Shown here: positions 53,701 to 64,000 of the stretch, in pieces
Position numbering within the stretch: the stretch's first letter is position 1
Layout: each line of letters opens with the position of its first letter
Assembly: GCA_964016885.1 (NCBI GenBank)
Contig: OZ024745.1
Coordinates: 43,400,001 to 43,464,000, forward strand
DNA length: 64,000 nt
Direction of reading: 5' to 3'
Source: Eledone cirrhosa
Taxonomy: Eukaryota
Program-made: the position numbers and the translations under genes
Notes under the pieces: model-generated
Database searches by the model: none
What the model was told of the DNA's origin: nothing
What the model saw: only the letters and a program-made list of their open reading frames with translations

Positions 53701-56700
53701 GGGAACATAGCCCAAGGAACATTGTTATACAGTCCGTCTGAACAATGTAAATAGGGAACATAGCCCAAGGAACATTGCTATACAGTCCTTCTGAACAATG
53801 TTAATAGGGAACATAGCCCAAGGAACATTGCTATACAGTCCTTCTGAACAATGTTAATAGGGAACATAACCCAAGGAACATTGCTATACTGTCCTTCTGA
53901 ACAATGTAAATAGGGAACATAGCCCAAGGAACATTGTTATACAGTCCTTCTAAACAATGTTAATAGGGAACATAGCCCAAGGAACATTGCTATACAGTCC
54001 TTCTGAACAATGTTAATAGGGAACATAGCCCAAGGAACATTGCTATACAGTCCTTCTGAACAGTGTAAATAGGGAACATAGCCCAAGGAACATTGTTATA
54101 CTGTCCTTCTGAACAATGTAAATAGGGAACATAGCCCAAGGAACATTGTTATACTGTCCTTCTGAACAATGTTAATAGGGAACATAGCCCAAGGAACATT
54201 GCTATACAGTCCTTCTGAACAATGTTAATAGGGAACATAGCCCAAGGAACATTGCTATACAGTCCTTCTGAACAATGTTAATAGGTAACATAGCCCAAGG
54301 AACATTGCTATACATTCCTTCTGAACAATGTTAATAGGGAACATAGCCCAAGGAACATTGTTATACTGTCCTTCTGAACAATGTTAATAGGGAACATAGC
54401 CAAAGGAACATTGCTATACAGTCCTTCTGAACAATGTAAATAGGGAACATAGCCCAAGGAACATTGCTATACTGTCCTTCTGAACAATGTTAATAGGGAA
54501 CATAGCCCAAGGAACATTGTTATACTGTCCTTCTGAACAATGTAAATAGGGAACATAGCCCAAGGAACATTGTTATACAGTCCTTCTGAACAATGTAAAT
54601 AGGGAACATAGCCCAAAGAACATTGTTATACAGTCCTTCTGAACAATGTTAATAGGGAACATAGCCCAAGGAACATTGTTATACAGTCCTTCTGAACAAT
54701 GTTAATAGGGAACATAGCCCAAGGAACATTGTTATACTGTCCTTCTGAACAATGTTAATAGGGAACATAGCCCAAGGAACATTGTTATACTGTCCTTCTG
54801 AACAATGTTAATAGGGAACATAGCCCAAGGAACATTGCTATACTGTCCTTCTGAACAATGTAAATAGGGAACATAGCCCAAGGAACATTGTTATACTGTC
54901 CTTCTGAACAATATTAATAGGGAACATAGCCCAAGGAACATTGCTATACAGTCCTTCTGAACAATGTAAATAGGGAACATAGCCCAAGGAACATTTTTAT
55001 ACTGTCCTTCTGAACAATGTTAATAGGGAACATAGCCCAAGGAACATTGCTATACAGTCCTTCTGAACAATGTAAATAGGGAACATAGCCCAAGGAACAT
55101 TGCTATACTGTCCTTCTGAACAATGTAAATAGGGAACATAGCCCAAGGAACATTGTTATACTGTCCTTCTGAAAAATGTTAATAGGGAACATAGCCCAAG
55201 GAACATTGCTATTCTGTCCTTCTGAACAATGTTAATAGGGAACATAGCCCAAGGAACATTGTTATACTGTCTTTCTGAACAATGTAAATAGGGAACATAG
55301 CCCAAGGAACATTGCTATACAGTCCTTCTGAACAATGTTAATAGGGAACATAGCCCAAGGAACATTGTTATACAGTCCTTCTGAACAATGTTAATAGGGA
55401 ACATAGCCCAAGGAACATTGCTATACTGTCCTTCTGAACAATGTTAATAGGGAACATAGCCCAAGGAACAATGTTATACTGTCCTTCTGAACAATGTAAA
55501 TAGGGAACATAGCCCAAGGAACATTGCTATACAGTCCTTCTGAACAATGTTAATAGGGAACATAGCCCAAGGAACATTGTTATACAGTCCTTCTGAACAA
55601 TGTTAATAGGGAACATAGCCCAAGGAACATTGTTATACTGTCCTTCTGAACAATGTTAATAGGGAACATAGCCCAAGGAACATTGTTATACAGTCCTTCT
55701 GAACAATGTTAATAGGGAACATAGCCCAAGGAACATTGTTATACAGTCCTTCTGAACAATGTTAATAGGGAACATAGCCCAAGGAACATTGCTATACTGT
55801 CCTTCTGAACAATGTTAATAGGGAACATAGCCCAAGGAACATTGTTATACAGTCCTTCTGAACAATGTTAATAGGGAACATAGCCCAAGGAACATTGTTA
55901 TACAGTCCTTCTGAACAATGTAAATAGGGAACATAGCCCAAGGAACATTGTTATACTGTCCTTCTGAACAATGTTAATAGGGAACATAGCCCAAGGAACA
56001 TTGCTATACAGTCCTTCTGAACAATGTTAATAGGGAACATAACCCAAGGAACATTGCTATACTGTCCTTCTGAACAATGTAAATAGGGAACATAGCCCAA
56101 GGAACATTGTTATACAGTCCTTCTAAACAATGTTAATAGGGAACATAGCCCAAGGAACATTGCTATACAGTCCTTCTGAACAATGTTAATAGGGAACATA
56201 GCCCAAGGAACATTGCTATACAGTCCTTCTGAACAGTGTAAATAGGGAACATAGCCCAAGGAACATTGTTATACTGTCCTTCTGAACAATGTAAATAGGG
56301 AACATAGCCCAAGGAACATTGCTATACAGTCCTTCTGAACAATGTTAATAGGGAACATAGCCCAAGGAACATTGTTATACTGTCCTTGTGAACAATGTTA
56401 ATAGGGAACATAGCCCAAGGAACATTGCTATACAGTCCTTCTGAACAATGTTAATAGGGAACATAGCCCAAGGAACATTGCTATACAGTCCTTCTGAACA
56501 ATGTTAATAGGTAACATAGCCCAAGGAACATTGTTATACTGTCCTTCTGAACAATGTTAATAGGGAACATAGCCCAAGGAACATTGTTATACAGTCCTTC
56601 TGAACAATGTAAATAGGGAACATAGCCCAAGGAACATTGCTATACAGTCCTTCTGAACAATGTAAATAGGGAACATAGCCCAAGGAACATTGCTATACTG

Positions 56701-59700
56701 TCCTTCTGAACAATGTAAATAGGGAACATAGCCCAAGGAACATTGTTATACTGTCCTTCTGAAAAATGTTAATAGGGAACATAGCCCAAGGAACATTGCT
56801 ATACTGTCCTTCTGAACAATGTTAATAGGGAACATAGCCCAAGGAACATTGTTATACTGTCTTTCTGAACAATGTAAATAGGGAACATAGCCCAAGGAAC
56901 ATTGCTATACAGTCCTTCTGAACAATGTTAATAGGGAACATAGCCCAAGGAACATTGTTATACAGTCCTTCTGAACAATGTTAATAGGGAACATAGCCCA
57001 AGGAACATTGCTATACTGTCCTTCTGAACAATGTTAATAGGGAACATAGCCCAAGGAACAATGTTATACTGTCCTTCTGAACAATGTAAATAGGGAACAT
57101 AGCCCAAGGAACATTGCTATACAGTCCTTCTGAACAATGTTAATAGGGAACATAGCCCAAGGAGCATTGTTATACAGTCCTTCTGAACAATGTTAATAGG
57201 GAACATAGCCCAAGGAACATTGTTATACTGTCCTTCTGAACAATGTTAATAGGGAACATAGCCCAAGGAACATTGTTATACAGTCCTTCTGAACAATGTT
57301 AATAGGGAACATAGTCCAAGGAACATTGTTATACAGTCTTTCTGAACAATGTTAATAGGGAACATAGCCCAAGGAACATTGCTATACTGTCCTTCTGAAC
57401 AATGTTAATAGGGAACATAGCCCAAGGAACATTGTTATACAGTCCTTCTGAACAATGTTAATAGGGAACATAGCCCAAGGAACATTGTTATACAGTCCGT
57501 CTGAACAATGTAAATAGGGAACATTGCTATACAGTCCTTCTGAACAATGTTAATAGGGAACATAGCCCAAGGAACATTGCTATACAGTCCTTCTGAACAA
57601 TGTTAATAGGGAACATAACCCAAGGAACATTGCTATACTGTCCTTCTGAACAATGTAAATAGGGAACATAGCCCAAGGAACATTGTTATACAGTCCTTCT
57701 AAACAATGTTAATAGGGAACATAGCCCAAGGAACATTGCTATACAGTCCTTCTGAACAATGTTAATAGGGAACATAGCCCAAGGAACATTGCTATACAGT
57801 CCTTCTGAACAGTGTAAATAGGGAACATAGCCCAAGGAACATTGTTATACTGTCCTTCTGAACAATGTAAATAGGGAACATAGCCCAAGGAACATTTTTA
57901 TACTGTCCTTCTGAACAATGTTAATAGGGAACATAGCCCAAGGAACATTGCTATACAGTCCTTCTGAACAATGTAAATAGGGAACATAGCCCAAGGAACA
58001 TTGCTATACTGTCCTTCTGAACAATGTAAATAGGGAACATAGCCCAAGGAACATTGTTATACTGTCCTTCTGAAAAATGTTAATAGGGAACATAGCCCAA
58101 GGAACATTGCTATACTGTCCTTCTGAACAATGTTAATAGGGAACATAGCCCAAGGAACATTGTTATACAGTCCTTCTGAACAATGTTAATAGGGAACATA
58201 GCCCAAGGAACATTGTTATACAGTCCTTCTGAACAATGTTAATAGGGAACATAGCCCAAGGAACATTGTTATACTGTCCTTCTGAACAATGTTAATAGGG
58301 AACATAGCCCAAGGAACATTGCTATACAGTCCTTCTGAACAATGTTAATAGGGAACATAGCCCAAGGAACATTGCTATACAGTCCTTCTGAACAATGTTA
58401 ATAGGGAACATAGCCCAAGGAACATTGCTATACAGTCCTTCTGAACAATGTTAATAGGGAACATAGCCCAAGGAACATTGTTATACTGTCCTTCTGAACA
58501 ATGTTAATAGGGAACATAGCCCAAGGAACATTGCTATACAGTCCTACTGAACAATGTTAATAGGGAACATAGCCCAAGGAACATTGCTATACAGTCCTTC
58601 TGAACAATGTTAATAGGGAACATAGCCCAAGGAACATTGCTATACAGTCCTTGTGAACAATGTTAATAGGGAACATAGCCCAAGGAACATTGCTATACAG
58701 TTCTTCTGAACAATGTTAATAGGGAACATAGCCCAAGGAACATTGCTATACAGTTCTTCTGAACAATGTTAATAGGGAACATAGCCCAAGGAACATTGCT
58801 ATACAGTCCTTCTGAACAATGTTAATAGGGAACATAGCCCAAGGAACATTGCTATACAGTCCTTCTGAACAATGTTAATAGGGAACATAGCCCAAGGAAC
58901 ATTGTTATACTGTCCTTCTGAACAATGTTAATAGGGAACATAGCCCAAGGAACATTGCTATACAGTCCTTCTGAACAATGTTAATAGGGAACATAGCCCA
59001 AGGAACATTGCTATACTGTCCTTCTGAACAATGTTAATAGGGAACATAGCCCAAGGAACATTGCTATACAGTCCTTCTGAACAATGTTAATAGGGAACAT
59101 AGCCCAAGGAACATTGTTATACTGTCCTTCTGAACAATGTTAATAGGGAACATAGCCCAAGGAACATTGTTATACTGTCCTTCTGAACAATGTTAATAGG
59201 GAACATAGCCCAAGGAACATTGCTATACTGTCCTTCTGAACAATGTAAATAGGGAACATAGCCCAAGGAACATTGTTATACTGTCCTTCTGAACAATATT
59301 AATAGGGAACATAGCCCAAGGAACATTGCTATACAGTCCTTCTGAACAATGTAAATAGGGAACATAGCCCAAGGAACATTGCTATACAGTCCTTCTGAAC
59401 AATGTAAATAGGGAACATAGCCCAAGGAACATTTTTATACTGTCCTTCTGAACAATATTAATAGGGAACATAGCCCAAGGAACATTGCTATACAGTCCTT
59501 CTGAACAATGTAAATAGGGAACATAGCCCAAGGAACATTTTTATACTGTCCTTCTGAACAATGTTAATAGGGAACATAGCCCAAGGAACATTGCTATACA
59601 GTCCTTCTGAACAATGTAAATAGGGAACATAGCCCAAGGAACATTGCTATACAGTCCTTCTGAACAATGTAAATAGGGAACATAGCCCAAGGAACATTGC

Positions 59701-62700
59701 TATACTGTCCTTCTGAACAATGTAAATAGGGAACATAGCCCAAGGAACATTGTTATACTGTCCTTCTGAAAAATGTTAATAGGGAACATAGCCCAAGGAA
59801 CATTGCTATACTGTCCTTCTGAACAATGTTAATAGGGAACATAGCCCAAGGAACATTGTTATACTGTCTTTCTGAACAATGTAAATAGGGAACATAGCCC
59901 AAGGAACATTGTTATACAGTCCTTCTGAACAATATAAATAGGGAACATAGCCCAAGGAACATTGCTATACAGTCCTTCTGAACAATGTTAATAGGTAACA
60001 TAGCCCAAGGAACATTGCTATACTGTCCTTCTGAACAATGTAAATATCGAACATAGCCCGAGGAACATTGTTATACTGTCCTTCTGAACAATATAAATAG
60101 GGAACATAGCCCAAGGAACATTGCTATACAGTCCTTCTGAACAATGTTAATAGGGAACATAGCCCAAGGAACATTGTTATACAGTCCTTCTGAACAATGT
60201 TAATAGGGAACATAGCCCAAGGAACATTGCTATACTGTCCTTCTGAACAATGTTAATAGGGAACATAGCCCAAGGAACAATGTTATACTGTCCTTCTGAA
60301 CAATGTAAATAGGGAACATAGCCCAAGGAACATTGCTATACAGTCCTTCTGAACAATGTTAATAGGGAACATAGCCCAAGGAACATTGTTATACAGTCCT
60401 TCTGAACAATGTTAATAGGGAACATAGCCCAAGGAACATTGTTATACTGTCCTTCTGAACAATGTTAATAGGGAACATAGCCCAAGGAACATTGTTATAC
60501 AGTCCTTCTGAACAATGTTAATAGGGAACATAGCCCAAGGAACATTGTTATACAGTCCTTCTGAACAATGTTAATAGGGAACATAGCCCAAGGAACATTG
60601 CTATACTGTCCTTCTGAACAATGTTAATAGGGAACATAGCCCAAGGAACATTGTTATACAGTCCTTCTGAACAATGTTAATAGGGAACATAGCCCAAGGA
60701 ACATTGTTATACAGTCCTTCTGAACAATGTAAATAGGGAACATAGCCCAAGGAACATTGCTATACAGTCCTTCTGAACAATGTTAATAGGGAACATAGCC
60801 CAAGGAACATTGCTATACAGTCCTTCTGAACAATGTTAATAGGGAACATAACCCAAGGAACATTGCTATACTGTCCTTCTGAACAATGTAAATAGGGAAC
60901 ATAGCCCAAGGAACATTGTTATACAGTCCTTCTAAACAATGTTAATAGGGAACATAGCCCAAGGAACATTGCTATACAGTCCTTCTGAACAATGTTAATA
61001 GGGAACATAGCCCAAGGAACATTGCTATACAGTCCTTCTGAACAGTGTAAATAGGGAACATAGCCCAAGGAACATTGTTATACTGTCCTTCTGAACAATG
61101 TAAATAGGGAACATAGCCCAAGGAACATTGCTATACAGTCCTTCTGAACAATGTTAATAGGGAACATAGCCCAAGGAACATTGTTATACTGTCCTTCTGA
61201 ACAATGTTAATAGGGAACATAGCCCAAGGAACATTGCTATACAGTCCTTCTGAACAATGTTAATAGGGAACATAGCCCAAGGAACATTGCTATACAGTCC
61301 TTCTGAACAATGTTAATAGGTAACATAGCCCAAGGAACATTGCTATACATTCCTTCTGAACAATGTTAATAGGGAACATAGCCCAAGGAACATTGTTATA
61401 CTGTCCTTCTGAACAATGTTAATAGGGAACATAGCCAAAGGAACATTGCTATACAGTCCTTCTGAACAATGTAAATAGGGAACATAGCCCAAGGAACATT
61501 GCTATACTGTCCTTCTGAACAATGTTAATAGGGAACATAGCCCAAGGAACATTGTTATACTGTCCTTCTGAACAATGTAAATAGGGAACATAGCCCAAGG
61601 AACATTGTTATACAGTCCTTCTGAACAATGTTAATAGGGAACATAGCCCAAGGAACATTGTTATACAGTCCTTCTGAACAATGTTAATAGGGAACATAGC
61701 CCAAGGAACATTGTTATACAGTCCTTCTGAACAATGTAAATAGGGAACGTAGCCCAAGGAACATTGCTATACAGTCCTTCTGAACAATGTAAATAGGGAA
61801 CATAGCCCAAGGAACATTGCTATACAGTCCTTCTGAACAATGTAAATAGGGAACATAGCCCAAGGAACATTGCTATACAGTCCTTCTGAACAATGTAAAT
61901 AGGGAACATAGCCCAAGGAACATTGTTATACTGTCCTTCTGAACAATGTAAATAGGGAACATAGCCCAAGGAACATTGCTATATAGTCCTTCTGAACAAT
62001 GTAAATAGGGAACATAGCCCAAGGAACATTGTTATACTGTCCTTCTGAACAATGTTAATAGGGAACATAGCCCAAGGAACATTGCTATACAGTCCTTCTG
62101 AACAATGTAAATAGGGAACATAGCCCAAGGAACATTGTTATACAGTCCTTCTGAACAATGTTAATAGGGAACATAGCCCAAGGAACATTGCTATACTGTC
62201 CTTCTGAACAATGTAAATAGGGAACATAGCCCAAGGAACATTGTTATACAGTTCTTCTGAACAATGTTAATAGGGAACATAGCCCAAGGAACATTGTTAT
62301 ACAGTCCTTCTGAACAATGTTAATAGGGAACATAGCCCAAGGAACATTGTTATACAGTCCTTCTGAACAATGTTAATAGGGAACATAGCCCAAGGAACAT
62401 TGTTATACTGTCCTTCTGAACAATGTTAATAGGGAACATAGCCCAAGGAACATTGTTATACTGTCCTTCTGAACAATGTTAATAGGGAACATAGCCCAAG
62501 GAACATTGCTATACAGTCCTTCTGAACAATGTTAATAGGGAACATAGCCCAAGGAACATTGTTACAGTCCTTCTGAACAATGTTAATAGGGAACATAGCC
62601 CAAGGAACATTGTTATACAGTCCTTCTGAACAATGTAAATAGGGAACATAGCCCAAGGAACATTGCTATACAGTCCTTCTGAACAATGTTAATAGGGAAC

Positions 62701-63687
62701 ATAGCCCAAGGAACATTGTTACAGTCCTTCTGAACAATGTTAATAGGGAACATAGCCCAAGGAACATTGTTATACTGTCCTTCTGAACAATGTTAATAGG
62801 GAACATAGCCCAAGGAACATTGCTATACAGTCCTTCTGAACAATGTAAATAGGGAACATAGCCCAAGGAACATTGTTATACAGTCCTTCTGAACAATGTT
62901 AATAGGGAACATAGCCCAAGGAACATTGTTATACAGTCCTTCTGAACAATGTTAATAGGGAACATAGCCCAAGGAACATTGTTATACTGTCCTTCTGAAC
63001 AATGTTAATAGGGAACATAGCCCAAGGAACATTGCTATACTGTCCTTCTGAACAATGTTAATAGGGAACATAGCCCAAGGAACATTGTTATACAGTCCTT
63101 CTGAACAATGTAAATAGGGAACATAGCCCAAGGAACATTGTTATACAGTCCTTCTGAACAATATAAATAGGGAACATAGCCCAAGGAACATTGCTATACA
63201 GTCCTTCTGAACAATGTTAATAAATAGGTAACATAGCCCAAGGAACATTGCTATACTGTCCTTCTGAACAATGTAAATATCGAACATAGCCCGAGGAACA
63301 TTGTTATACTGTCCTTCTGAACAATATAAATAGGGAACATAGCCCAAGGAACATTGTTATACAGTCCTTCTGAACAATATAAATAGGGTACATAGCCCAA
63401 GGAACATTGCTATACTGTCCTTCTGAACAATGTAAATAGGGTACATATCCCAAGGAACATTGTTATACTGTCCTTCTGAACAATGTAAATAGGGAACATA
63501 GCCCAAGGAACATTGTTATACTGTCCTTCTGAACAATGTAAATAGGGTACATAGCCCAAGGAACATTGTTATACAGTCCTTCTGAACAATATAAATAGGG
63601 AACATAGCCCAAGGAACATTGTTATACTGTCCTTCTGAACAATGTAAATAGGGAACATAGCGCAAGGAACATTGTTCTACTGTCCTT
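50744..63687. repeat. Satellite array, 53-bp unit x ~244
   Basis: Consensus gggaacatagcccaaggaacattgYtatacWgtccttctgaacaatgtWaata; period checked at 50868 vs 50921; both array ends lie in the window. Confidence 0.98.
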
Positions 63688-63879
63688 TCAAAACAACACA
63701 GTAGTGCAACAAATTGTCTGTAAGTCTGTAAGTACATGAGCATATATTCATAAAAAACTAAGTAGAAAAAGAAACTAATGCCACTTAACCCATTACTTTG
63801 TTTACTATTGTATTTTTTTCAGAATAGCCTTTATCTCATATAATATTGAATCTATGAGATTTTAATGTTTATATTGAGA

Positions 63880-64000
63880 AGGCATTGGACAACATGCTTA
63901 GCAGCATAGTTATGGTCCTTTACATTCAGAGTTCAAATCCTGCTGAGGTTAGCTTTGCCTTTCATCCTTACCGGGTCGATATAATAAAGTATCAGTTATG
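63880..64000 (+). mobile_element. Degraded Nin/Deu-like SINE, cut by window edge
   Basis: gagttcaaatcctgctgaggttagctttgcctttcatccttaccgggtcgata. Confidence 0.8.

Noticed and set aside
50744-63687. CRISPR-like appearance and short ORFs in the array
   Set aside because: No unique spacers, no cas genes, eukaryotic context. The 53-bp period is not a multiple of 3 and frames close quickly.

Overview
AT-rich, microsatellite-dense animal genomic DNA. The SINE/RTE repertoire suggests an octopus-type cephalopod, but that is inference. The only host coding sequence I can support is one 113-nt exon (16334-16446, +) of the inositol 1,4,5-trisphosphate receptor gene (ITPR, N-terminal suppressor domain). 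Its neighbouring exons are not visible, so nearly the whole window is probably two very large ITPR introns. These introns hold an intact-ORF RTE LINE (1939-5463, -) and a near-identical 5'-truncated inverted copy (47198-49009, +). They also contain older RTE and CRE-like fragments, tRNA-derived SINEs of two superfamilies, mariner/hAT/piggyBac-type MITEs, kilobase TA-rich arrays and a ~12.9-kb satellite of ~244 x 53-bp units. The most notable signals are: several Penelope-type hammerhead ribozyme motifs, two with intact cores on the ITPR sense strand; inverted young LINEs bracketing the ITPR exon; a SINE tail swap between two LINE partners that are both present in the window; and the structured, higher-order 53-bp satellite. 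No searches or folding programs were run, and most repeat boundaries are approximate.
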